Source of the DNA: Steroidobacteraceae bacterium
Lineage (GTDB): Bacteria; Pseudomonadota; Gammaproteobacteria; Steroidobacterales; Steroidobacteraceae
Direction of reading: 5' to 3'
DNA: 64,000 bases
Assembly (NCBI GenBank): GCA_050012215.1
Contig: JBEKHO010000017.1
Location: 13,888-77,887, forward strand
Shown: positions 30,238-38,903 of the stretch, piece after piece
Numbering within the stretch: the stretch's first letter is position 1
Layout of the letters: the number at the start of each line of letters is the position of its first letter
Translations under genes and position numbers: made by a program
The notes under the pieces: model-generated
Told to the model about the DNA's origin: nothing
What the model saw: only the letters and a program-made list of their open reading frames with translations
The model's database searches: none

Positions 30238-30352
30238 ACCCGCCACCTAGCACTGCATCGCAGCATCCTCGTATAGCCAATCTGATCATGGGGTTGTCTC
30301 AGGTGGCGTGACGGAGGTCATCTCGTGAGCTTTTGTTGGCCGAATTTGCAAG

Positions 30353-32215
30353 CTATTGGCCGGGGATGTGATTCGAGTCCTCATGGCCCGATTCGGCGGT
30401 GGAGCCCCCGGTGGTCGCCCCCCAGGCGGACGCTCCTTCGGCCGCCAGAGCGGCATGCAGGCGCTCGCGAACTTCGCGGGTATGAATCGGCAGCACGATC
30501 ACGAGGCCGGGCCCTGCCGCCTCCAGCAGGGCCCGGGCTGCGCTCTCTTCGTCGGCCTGCCGTTCGATGCGATCGCCGGGAACGCCGGCGGCCAAGAGGG
30601 CGCTCTCGAGGAGCGTGGGCACCTCGCCGAGCGAGCGACCCCGCAGCATGAGAGGCAGTTCCTTGATCATCACGCGGTCGGGGTCGAAGCGGGCGGCCGT
30701 GCGGGCGAGCTCGGCGATCGCCTGGTCGTCCCGATTGCCGGCCTGCCCCAGCAGCAACGACATGCGCCCCGCATGAAGAGACCGAGCCGCAGCGAGCAGC
30801 TGCTCCAGGCCGTGCGGATTGTGCGCATAGTCGATGAGCACGGTCGCTCCCCGGAAATCCCAGCGCTCGAGCCGACCGGGATTATCCTCGGGACGGCGGC
30901 CGAAATGCTGCGCGGCGCGCCGAATGTCGGGCACCGGCAGTTCCAGGACGGCGGCCGTCAAAGTGGCGGCGGCGAGATTCGCGACGTTGTAGCGCGCGGC
31001 GCCTCCCCAGGTCAGGGGCAGCGTCGACAGGTCTCCGATCTCGTGGTCCTCGCCCCGATGGTGAAGCAGCACAAGGCGGCCGCGCACGCCGCAGGTGCTG
31101 CCGTCGCGCCGTCGCAATGCCTCGAGCGCAGGATGCGCATGGTCCATGGCGAACAACGCACGGCGGGCGTGAGCCGCGTGCGGCAACCGATCGGCGGCCG
31201 CCATCAGGGTGTGATCGTCGGCGTTCAGCACCAGCGTGCCGTCCCGGCTTACGGTACGCGCCACGACCAATTTCGTTTCCGCCAGATCGTCCGCGTTTTC
31301 GATGCCGTATTCGCCGAAGTGATCCGCGCTGACATTGGTGACCACGGCCGCGTCCGCCCGGTTGACCGCGAGCCCGCGCCGCAGGATGCCCCCGCGTGCG
31401 GTTTCCAGCACTGCCAGCGCGACATCGGCGCGTCGCAGCACCACCCGTGCCCCCGCCGGTCCCGAATAGTCGCCAAGCGCCACGGCACGGCCGGCGACGA
31501 ACACCCCCTCGGTGCAACTGTATCCGGGCACGGCTCCCGCAGCCGCCGCTATCGATGCGAGCAATCGTACGGTCGTCGTCTTGCCATTGCTGCCCGTCAC
31601 GAGCGCGGTGGGAATGTCGTGCAAGGCGCTCCAGGGTACGGTATCGACGGAGGGCGGCGCCGCGCGCGGCCAACAGAGGCTTCCCGTTCCGGCGCCGATG
31701 GAAATCTCCTCGTCGTCCTCGAACAGCGGGAGCTTGTGCCGGGAGGCGGCCGCGCGCAGCTTCACCAGTGCGTGATTACGCTCAGCCGCCGCGCGCGCGG
31801 CGAGCACGGCAGTGGGGTCGCTGCCAAGATTTTGTGCGCGATCGAAGACGGTGACGCCGGCTTCGGCCGCCGCGCTCTCCCAGGCCCATTCGGATAGCTC
31901 GGTGGCGGTCAATTGCGCGTCGGGCGGCGCGCGAAAAACCAGGAAGGTGCTGTCACCGGCGCGATCGACCACCGGCGCGGGGTCGGGCCAGCCGAGCGCT
32001 TTCGACACATCCCGAACGCTCGCGGCCCAGCGCTCGAGCGCGCGCGGCTCCGTGGCGGCCGCTCCGATCGGTGTGAGCGTCACGGCGGGGCCGTCGAAGT
32101 AGCGGCTGGGTCCGGTCAGGCGCCGCGAGTCGATGAAGCCGTGGTTCGGTTCCGGCTCGGCGGGCTGCTCGGGCTCGGCGGCCCGCTCAGGCTTTGCCTG
32201 GGATTCCTCGGCCAT
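30353..32215 (-). CDS. cyanophycin-synthetase paralog lacking the ATP-grasp domain (N-like region + Mur-ligase domain)
   Basis: ATG at 32215 lies 1 nt after the cphA stop. Mur-ligase P-loop VTGSNGKTTTVRLL. C-terminal Mur-ligase domain (IDYAHNPHGL). No ATP-grasp segment is recognisable between the N-terminal region and the P-loop. Confidence 0.7.
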   Translation of the reverse strand: MAEESQAKPERAAEPEQPAEPEPNHGFIDSRRLTGPSRYFDGPAVTLTPIGAAATEPRALERWAASVRDVSKALGWPDPAPVVDRAGDSTFLVFRAPPDAQLTATELSEWAWESAAAEAGVTVFDRAQNLGSDPTAVLAARAAAERNHALVKLRAAASRHKLPLFEDDEEISIGAGTGSLCWPRAAPPSVDTVPWSALHDIPTALVTGSNGKTTTVRLLASIAAAAGAVPGYSCTEGVFVAGRAVALGDYSGPAGARVVLRRADVALAVLETARGGILRRGLAVNRADAAVVTNVSADHFGEYGIENADDLAETKLVVARTVSRDGTLVLNADDHTLMAAADRLPHAAHARRALFAMDHAHPALEALRRRDGSTCGVRGRLVLLHHRGEDHEIGDLSTLPLTWGGAARYNVANLAAATLTAAVLELPVPDIRRAAQHFGRRPEDNPGRLERWDFRGATVLIDYAHNPHGLEQLLAAARSLHAGRMSLLLGQAGNRDDQAIAELARTAARFDPDRVMIKELPLMLRGRSLGEVPTLLESALLAAGVPGDRIERQADEESAARALLEAAGPGLVIVLPIHTREVRERLHAALAAEGASAWGATTGGSTAESGHEDSNHIPGQ

Positions 32216-32216
32216 C

Positions 32217-35054
32217 TCAATCAGCCGCCTCCCCGACGAATCGAAGACCTCGCTCCTCGCGCACGAACCCCTGCGCCTCGAGCGATGCATCGCCGGAACC
32301 CGCCCCCGATGCAGCCTCCTCGCCGATGATGAGCGCCGGCCGGCTGGCGGGGCGGGAGGGCCCGGATGCTGCCGGCGAATGCGCTGGCGCTACCGGGTTC
32401 CCGCTCGCGTCCGGCTTGAACTTGATGATCTGTTTCCAGGAGCGGATCAATGCATCCGCGAACACGAGCAACAAATCCCCGGGCCGGCCCATGGCGAGTG
32501 CCGCAGCGATGGCCTCTTGCTCATCAGGAATCACCTCGATCGCGGTTTCTGCGACTCCCTGCGCTCGCAGCGCCTCCGCGATCATGGTCGGCACCTCGGC
32601 CTCCGCGCGCCCGCGCAGACCGTCGTCGCGCCGGCAAATGTAGTGATCGAACCGCCCGGCGACCTTCAAGGCGATGGCGCGAATGTCTTCGTCGCGGCGG
32701 TCGCCGGGCCCCGCAACGACCACGATCCGGCGCCCGCGAACATCGAGGCGCGCGGCGAGATCTGCCATTGCGCCCACCGCGTGGGCATTGTGCGCATAGT
32801 CGAAAATCACCTTGAACGGGTGCTCGTCGTAGACGTTCATCCGACCCGGAGCCTGGAAGAAAGTGCTGTCGAAGGTGCGCAGCGCCTGCCGGATCGCGTC
32901 GAGCTTGATGTCGAGCGAGAATGCGAGCGCCGCCGCGAACATGGCATTCTGCACGTTGTGCATCGCGCGCCCCTCGAGCGTCGCCGGAATCAGATGCGTC
33001 CACATGAGCGGAATGTGCCGGCCCTTGTCGTACAAGGTGATCATCTGCCCGTTGACGCCTGCCTCGAGGCCGCAGGCGCGGCCGCCGGCCCGGATGTGTT
33101 CGCGCACCACCACATGATTGGGATTGATCGTCACGTAGCAGAGGTGCTTCGCATCGGTGTGCGCCGACATCCGGATGGTGTGCTCGTCATCGGCATTCAG
33201 CACCGCACAGTCCCGCGCCACTTCAACCACGATGCGCTTGACCTCGGCGAGCTGCTCCAGGGTATCCACGCCCTTCATGCCCAGATGGTCGGATTGCACG
33301 TTGAGCACCGCCGCAACGTCCGCGAAGGGCACCCCCATGCCGGCACGCACGAGCCCGCCACGGGCAACCTCGAGCACGGCGAGGTCGATGCTCGGGTCAG
33401 CGAGCACCATGCGCGTCGCCACCGGGCCGGTCATGTCGCCTTCGACGCTTCGCTGACCGTCGATGTACACGCCATCGGTCGTCGTCAGTCCGGGCGTGAA
33501 GCCCGCCATTTTGGCGATGTGGGCCAGCATGCGCGCGGTGGTGGTCTTGCCATTGGTGCCGGTGATGCACGCGATCGGCACCCTAGAGGGCGCACCTTGA
33601 GGAAACAACATGTCGATCACAGGGCCCGCCGCATCGCGCGGCGTGCCCTCGCTCGGCGCCACGTGCATGCGAAAACCGGGCGCCGCATTCACCTCGCAAA
33701 TTCCGCCGCCCACGGTCTTGTAGCTCTCCGCGATATCGGGGCACAGAAAATCCACACCGCCCACATCGAGCCCGATGGCGGTTACCGCTCGGACCGCCAT
33801 GTCGCGATTGTCGGGATGGATGATGTCGGTCACGTCGGTGGCGGTGCCGCCGGTCGACAGATTGGCGGTGCTTCGCAGCGGAACCACTTGATCCGCGGGA
33901 ATTCTGGAGTCCGCCGTCAACCCCTGGCGCGCCAGCATCATCTCGGCCTGTGCATCGAGCTCCAGACGGGTCATCACCTTCTCGTGCCCGATGCCGCGCC
34001 GCGAATCTTGATTGACGATGTCGACCAGCTCGCGGATGGTGTGCGTTCCGTCACCGACCACGCGGCCCGGTGTGCGGCGAGTCGCGGCGATGAGCTCACC
34101 GGCGACGACCAGCAGACGATGGTCTTCGCCCTGCAGATAGCTCTCCACGATGACCGAATTGGAATGCTCGGCCGCGGCGAGGAAACCGGCGCGCACTTCT
34201 TCGGCGTTTTTCAGGCCGATGGAGATTCCACGTCCGTGGTTGCCGTCGTAGGGTTTCGTGACGACCGGATAGCCGAGGCGCTCTGCGGCTCGCACCGCCC
34301 GATCGGCCGAGCGCACCAGCTCCTGCCGCGGTACCGGCAGGCCGCAGTTCGCCAGAATCTTGTTGGTCTCCTCCTTGTCCTGGGCGAGCTCGACCGCGAT
34401 GTGGCTGGTGCGGCTCGTGACGGTCGCCTGGATGCGCTGCTGGTACTTGCCGTGACCCAACTGAATGAGGCTCTGCTCATTCAGGCGCAGCCAGGGAATG
34501 TTGCGTTCCTCCGCAGCCTTCACCAGAGACGCCGTCGAGGGACCGAGCGCGCGCCGCTGCGCATAGCGAATGTACTCGTCGCGCTTCTCCTTCCAGTTCC
34601 AGTCCGCGGGAAGCGCGCCGTTCGTGCGAAGGGCTTGGGGCAGCAGCGAGCAAAGCAATTCGATCCCCAGTTCGCCCGCTGCGATCCCCTCATCGCGCTG
34701 CGCGTATTCGTACACGACCGTGTAAACCCCGCGCACGTCGGTGCTGCGCGTCTTGCCGAACGACACATCCTCGCCGGCGATGTTCTGCAGCTCGATCGCC
34801 ACGTGCTCGAGCACGTGGCCGAGCCAGGTGCCCTCGCCTTCGCGCAAGCGCCTGATGAGCCCGCCCGGTTCCCGATAGGAGCATCCGTGCTCCACGAGCG
34901 TCGGCAGTGCCTCCACCAGGCCGTCGACGAATTGGCCGCCCAACCGGCCGCTGGGCCACTCCTCGAGCGCTCCCAGATCGAGCAACAGCTTGATCACCGG
35001 GAAGTGCGCGTACATCGATGGACCCACGTAGACGTTGCGTTCGAGGATGCGCAT
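32217..35054 (-). CDS. cphA: cyanophycin synthetase
   Basis: 945 aa. N-domain MRILERNVYVGPSMYAHFPVIKL. ATP-grasp (VVTKPYDGNHGRGI...). Mur-ligase P-loop ITGTNGKTTTARML and DYAHNAHA. GGGAAGGGA RBS. C-terminal Pro/Ser/Ala-rich tail. Confidence 0.9.
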   Translation of the reverse strand: MRILERNVYVGPSMYAHFPVIKLLLDLGALEEWPSGRLGGQFVDGLVEALPTLVEHGCSYREPGGLIRRLREGEGTWLGHVLEHVAIELQNIAGEDVSFGKTRSTDVRGVYTVVYEYAQRDEGIAAGELGIELLCSLLPQALRTNGALPADWNWKEKRDEYIRYAQRRALGPSTASLVKAAEERNIPWLRLNEQSLIQLGHGKYQQRIQATVTSRTSHIAVELAQDKEETNKILANCGLPVPRQELVRSADRAVRAAERLGYPVVTKPYDGNHGRGISIGLKNAEEVRAGFLAAAEHSNSVIVESYLQGEDHRLLVVAGELIAATRRTPGRVVGDGTHTIRELVDIVNQDSRRGIGHEKVMTRLELDAQAEMMLARQGLTADSRIPADQVVPLRSTANLSTGGTATDVTDIIHPDNRDMAVRAVTAIGLDVGGVDFLCPDIAESYKTVGGGICEVNAAPGFRMHVAPSEGTPRDAAGPVIDMLFPQGAPSRVPIACITGTNGKTTTARMLAHIAKMAGFTPGLTTTDGVYIDGQRSVEGDMTGPVATRMVLADPSIDLAVLEVARGGLVRAGMGVPFADVAAVLNVQSDHLGMKGVDTLEQLAEVKRIVVEVARDCAVLNADDEHTIRMSAHTDAKHLCYVTINPNHVVVREHIRAGGRACGLEAGVNGQMITLYDKGRHIPLMWTHLIPATLEGRAMHNVQNAMFAAALAFSLDIKLDAIRQALRTFDSTFFQAPGRMNVYDEHPFKVIFDYAHNAHAVGAMADLAARLDVRGRRIVVVAGPGDRRDEDIRAIALKVAGRFDHYICRRDDGLRGRAEAEVPTMIAEALRAQGVAETAIEVIPDEQEAIAAALAMGRPGDLLLVFADALIRSWKQIIKFKPDASGNPVAPAHSPAASGPSRPASRPALIIGEEAASGAGSGDASLEAQGFVREERGLRFVGEAAD

Positions 35055-35070
35055 CGATATCCCTTCCCTG

Positions 35071-35979
35071 CTAGCGTTTGGTTTGGACCAGTGTACCGGC
35101 GTCCGCCTGTCGAGAGTGCAAATTGAAGGTGGCGCCCTTGGTGAGAATATGCATTTTCACGCCCAAAAGGCACACGGGCCGGCCTTCGGGCACGTTGTCC
35201 ATGGAGGAAAACTGCACTTCGGCCGCATCGACCACGGTGATGGCGCCCGACCCCTCCACGTGCACCGTGTTGTCGGGTTCGATGAAAGCCGCAGTGTCCT
35301 CGTCGAGACCGATACCGACGGCGAACGGGTTGTAGGCAAGCGCGGTGAGCAACCGGCCGAGACGGTCGCGCTGCCGGAAGTGCTGGTCGATGATGAATCG
35401 ATTGGTGAGCCCGAGACCCGGCGCCAGTCGGACGGAACCGGCCACGGGAGTGCTGCCCTCGTCGCCAAAGGCAATCATGTGCTCGCAAAGGAACGCGGCA
35501 CCGGCGCTGGTGCCGGCGACCGGAACGCCGCCCGCGTTCAACAGCCGGACGGCCTTCGCCACCGGTGTGCCGCCGATCAAGGTTGAAAGCCTGAGCTGAT
35601 TGCCGCCGGTGAAGAAAACTCCGGTCGCGCGCTGGAGCCGCTCGAGCCGGCCCGCTTCTTCGGCATCGCGCCGGGTGTCGAAATCGAGCGAGACGACGCT
35701 GCGCGCACCCATGTCGCCAAAAATGCGTTCGTACCGCGGCCCCGTATCGCTCACCAAGCTGGCGGTCGGGATGACGGCAATGTTTGCCTCACCGGCGCCC
35801 GCCAGTTCAACGAAGCGGCGCAGGATTTGCGGAGAGCTTTCCTTATCCTCGGCTCCGCCGATCGGAATGATCCACCCGCGCCGGCCGCCCTCTACCACCT
35901 TACTTGCACACATTCCTTCACCACCCCCAACTTTTGGACCGCGATCATGCCACGCGGCATGGGGGTTGGCCGACATCAT
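35071..35979 (-). CDS. cphE: cyanophycinase (S51 peptidase)
   Basis: Motifs IIPIGGAEDK, FFTGGNQLRL and AGTSAGAA (Ser nucleophile context) are typical of cyanophycinase. The gene ends 16 nt upstream of cphA. Start is uncertain (35979 or internal ATG 35913). Confidence 0.85.
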   Translation of the reverse strand: MMSANPHAAWHDRGPKVGGGEGMCASKVVEGGRRGWIIPIGGAEDKESSPQILRRFVELAGAGEANIAVIPTASLVSDTGPRYERIFGDMGARSVVSLDFDTRRDAEEAGRLERLQRATGVFFTGGNQLRLSTLIGGTPVAKAVRLLNAGGVPVAGTSAGAAFLCEHMIAFGDEGSTPVAGSVRLAPGLGLTNRFIIDQHFRQRDRLGRLLTALAYNPFAVGIGLDEDTAAFIEPDNTVHVEGSGAITVVDAAEVQFSSMDNVPEGRPVCLLGVKMHILTKGATFNLHSRQADAGTLVQTKR

Positions 35980-36054
35980 TGTTGCGTTCGGACGGGCCCG
36001 GGAGGGGGGCGCCCTCCTACACGAGACGCCGCCGCAAGGAGCCGGCCGTCCTCT

Positions 36055-36060
36055 TATAAT
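36055..36060 (+). promoter_or_regulatory. candidate -10 hexamer (TATAAT) for the cytochrome c gene
   Basis: Perfect TATAAT 56 nt upstream of the ATG at 36116, in an otherwise GC-rich spacer. The -35 region is poor (CCGCAA). Confidence 0.3.
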
Positions 36061-36115
36061 TCCTCAATTCCCGCCAATAAGGACGGGTTTTAACCGACAT
36101 GGAGGCCATATCCCT

Positions 36116-36460
36116 ATGAAGCTCATCCCGCTGACCCTGTTTCTAGTGTCGGCAACCGGCTTGGCGACCGGCGCGGCATTCGCCGACGAGCCCGTCGGGT
36201 TCCAAAACGGGATGAAACTTCTGACCAAGTACAATTGCCAGGCGTGCCACTCGGCGGATAAAACCATGACCGGGCCGTCATTGCACGATGTCGCGAAGAA
36301 ATATGCGAGCGATCCGCACGCCCGCTCCGTGCTGAGTGAAAGCATCTTAAATGGCAGCTCCGGCGCGTGGGATAGCGCAGCGCCCATGCCGCCCACCAAG
36401 GTACCTGACTCCGACTTGAGGCCGCTGGTCGATTGGATACTGTCGCTCAGCCAGTATTAG
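36116..36460 (+). CDS. class I cytochrome c (c551/c552-like)
   Basis: 114 aa. Signal peptide MKLIPLTLFLVSATGLATGAAFA. Haem motif CQACH. Distal Met context GSSGAWDSAAPMPP as in c551. The long ORF-track version (35600) is antisense to cphE and was not used. Confidence 0.85.
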   Translation: MKLIPLTLFLVSATGLATGAAFADEPVGFQNGMKLLTKYNCQACHSADKTMTGPSLHDVAKKYASDPHARSVLSESILNGSSGAWDSAAPMPPTKVPDSDLRPLVDWILSLSQY

Positions 36461-36467
36461 CGGTAGC

Positions 36468-36529
36468 CATTAGATAACTATAATTTACTTTCTAAATATT
36501 ATTTAAACAATTGAAATTAATGTTTTTTC
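36468..36529. other. ~60-bp strongly AT-rich island in a GC-rich genome
   Basis: ttagataactataatttactttctaaatattatttaaacaattgaaattaatgtttttt. Contains TATAAT (36479-36484) and TTGAAA (36511-36516). Lies between the cytochrome c stop and the antiporter start. Confidence 0.7.
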
Positions 36530-36624
36530 CAGGTCGCCGGGAATCGTCGTGCCGTCCGTGTCCGTGCCTCGCGCCGATATACACTCGGGTATTGCTGGGA
36601 TAGCATAAAACTGCCGGCGCACCG

Positions 36625-38232
36625 ATGCTGCAAGATCTCGAAGTACTCATCCTGATGTTGTTCGTGATTGCCGGGGCTGCAGTCGCGGCCAATCGCCTGA
36701 AGATTCCGCCCGCGATCGTGCTGGTGATAACCGGGTTGATCCTCGCCGTTCTGCCGGGCCTGCCCAGCGTCGATGTGGCGCCCGACCTGATCCTGCTGCT
36801 GGTGCTGCCTCCCATCATCTACTCCTCGGCGGTCGCCATGAGCTGGTGCGACTTCCGCTTCAATTTGCGGCCGATATCCCTGCTCGCGGTTGGCTGCGTG
36901 TTGTTCACGACGACGTCCGTTGCCGCCGCCACGCACTGGATGCTGGGACTATCCTGGCAAGCGGGCTTCCTGCTCGGTGCCATCGTATCGCCGCCCGACG
37001 CGGTGGCACCGCTTGCCATCGCGCGACGCCTGGAGGTTCCGCGGCGGCTGATCATCATTCTCGAGGGCGAAGGCCTCACCAACGACGCAACCGCCCTGGT
37101 GCTTTATCGGTTCGCGGTAGCCGCCGTGAGCGTCGGCTCGTTCTCCTTATCGCACGCCGTCGGCACGTTCGCGTGCATCGTGGTCGGCGAGGTTCTGTGG
37201 GGCTTGGCGGTTGGTTGGGGGATGCTGCGCCTGCGTCGCTGGGTGCGCGATCCGCGCATCGAAATCATACTGTCCGTATTGACGCCGTTCGTCGCCTACT
37301 GGCCGCCCCAGCATCTCGGCGGCTCGGGCGTGCTTGCGACCATCTGCACGGGTCTGTACATCAGTTGGAACGGATTGCGCTTGATCAGCGCCGCGACCCG
37401 GCTGCAGGGCATTTTCTTTTGGGACTTCCTGATCTACGTCATCGAAGGGATGATCTTTCTGCTGACGGGACTGCAGGCGCGCACCCTGATCGAGCGCATT
37501 GCCGGCCACTCCTTCAGAGAACTCGCGCTCTCCGCCGCGGTGACCAGCCTCGTGGTCATTGCCACGCGCTTCATCTGGATGTATCCGGCAACCTACATCC
37601 CGCGCTGGATCCCCTCGATCAGGCGCAAGGATCCGGCGCCGCCGTGGCAGTGGCCGTTTGCGCTGGCCTTCACCGGGGTGCGCGGGCTCGTCTCGCTGGC
37701 GGCAGCACTCGCCATTCCGCTGACGATCGAGAACGGGAATCCGTTTCCGTACCGCGATCTCATTTTGTTCCTGACCTTCGTAGTCATCTTGGTGACCTTG
37801 ATCGGCCAGGGGCTCGCATTGCCGGCCGTCATTCGGGCGCTGGGACTCGCCAATCAGGGGCGCCGTGAGCGCCGGCAGGACCGGGATCAGGAATTCGAGG
37901 CAAGGCGGACGGCGATCGAGTCCACGCTCGAGCGGTTGGATGAGGTGGCGGCCGAGCGGCACATTCCGGAGGATGTATCGAAGGGGCTGCGCGCGCACCT
38001 CAAGGGGCGACTTCGCCAGGTGAGCGATCGCAGCGATGGCGATGACGAGCACCGCGGGAGGAGCCGCCTCGTCGACGACATGGAGCTCAAGTTGCTGGGC
38101 GCGGAGCGCGAGACCGTCAACGACCTCTACCAGGACGGCAAACTGACGGCCGAAGCGCGCCTGCGCATCGAGCGTGAGCTCGATCTGCGCGAAGCCCGGA
38201 TTTACAGTCAGATCGCGGAGATCGAACCGTGA
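36625..38232 (+). CDS. CPA1 family Na+/H+ antiporter with cytoplasmic C-terminal tail
   Basis: 535 aa with about 12 TM segments. Motifs LPPIIYSSA and AIVSPPDAVA are typical of NhaP/CPA1. Charged coiled C-terminal ~130 aa. Confidence 0.85.
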   Translation: MLQDLEVLILMLFVIAGAAVAANRLKIPPAIVLVITGLILAVLPGLPSVDVAPDLILLLVLPPIIYSSAVAMSWCDFRFNLRPISLLAVGCVLFTTTSVAAATHWMLGLSWQAGFLLGAIVSPPDAVAPLAIARRLEVPRRLIIILEGEGLTNDATALVLYRFAVAAVSVGSFSLSHAVGTFACIVVGEVLWGLAVGWGMLRLRRWVRDPRIEIILSVLTPFVAYWPPQHLGGSGVLATICTGLYISWNGLRLISAATRLQGIFFWDFLIYVIEGMIFLLTGLQARTLIERIAGHSFRELALSAAVTSLVVIATRFIWMYPATYIPRWIPSIRRKDPAPPWQWPFALAFTGVRGLVSLAAALAIPLTIENGNPFPYRDLILFLTFVVILVTLIGQGLALPAVIRALGLANQGRRERRQDRDQEFEARRTAIESTLERLDEVAAERHIPEDVSKGLRAHLKGRLRQVSDRSDGDDEHRGRSRLVDDMELKLLGAERETVNDLYQDGKLTAEARLRIERELDLREARIYSQIAEIEP

Positions 38233-38903
38233 GGATCCTGGTCGTCGAAGACGACGACAAGATCGCCTCGTTTCTCGCCAAAGGCCTGAAACAAAGCGGC
38301 TTTTCGGTCGACACGGCTTGCGACGGAGAGGAGGGCCTGTCGCTGTGCCGAACGGTCAATTACGATTCGATCGTCCTCGACATCATGCTGCCAAAACTCG
38401 ACGGATTGTCGGTGCTGCGCGCGATCCGCCGGGAGAAGAAGCTGGTGCCGGTGCTGCTTCTGAGCGCCAAGGCGAGCGTGGACAATCGGGTGACCGGACT
38501 GCAAGCAGGCGCGGATGACTACCTCACCAAGCCGTTCGCGTTCTCCGAACTGCTCGCCCGGCTGCAAGCCCTCATCCGACGGGCGACGCACGTGGCGGAG
38601 CCCACGACGCTCGCGATCGGCGACTTGTCGATGAATCTGCTCACCCGCGAGGTCTTCAGGGCCGGGCAGAAGATCGAGCTGCAGGGCCGGGAGTTTGCGC
38701 TGCTCGAGCTCCTCATGCGGCATCCGGGGCGGCCGATCACCAAGACGATGATATTGGAGCATGTCTGGGATTACAGCTTCGATCCGCAAACCAACGTGGT
38801 GGACGTGCTGGCGCATCGGTTGCGCTCGAAGCTCGAGAAAGGCTTTCCCTCGAAGATCGTGCACACCATCCGCGGCGTGGGATATGTCATCAAGCCTCCC
38901 TAG
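38229..38903 (+). CDS. OmpR/PhoB-type response regulator
   Basis: GTG start overlaps the antiporter stop (GTGA). Receiver [13 protein letters not shown]...[10 protein letters not shown] plus a winged-helix C-terminus ([10 protein letters not shown]). Confidence 0.9.
   Translation: MRILVVEDDDKIASFLAKGLKQSGFSVDTACDGEEGLSLCRTVNYDSIVLDIMLPKLDGLSVLRAIRREKKLVPVLLLSAKASVDNRVTGLQAGADDYLTKPFAFSELLARLQALIRRATHVAEPTTLAIGDLSMNLLTREVFRAGQKIELQGREFALLELLMRHPGRPITKTMILEHVWDYSFDPQTNVVDVLAHRLRSKLEKGFPSKIVHTIRGVGYVIKPP

Noticed and set aside
32133-35126. 997-aa ORF antisense to cphA
   Set aside because: Low-complexity Arg/His/Gly-rich translation with no domain signatures. The opposite strand encodes an unmistakable cyanophycin synthetase. 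Antisense frames of GC3-rich genes commonly lack stops.
35600-36115. N-terminal 172 codons of the 286-aa ORF that ends as cytochrome c
   Set aside because: This part is antisense to cphE and has a Pro/Ser/Arg-rich composition. A signal peptide begins exactly at the internal ATG 36116, so only 36116-36460 is called.
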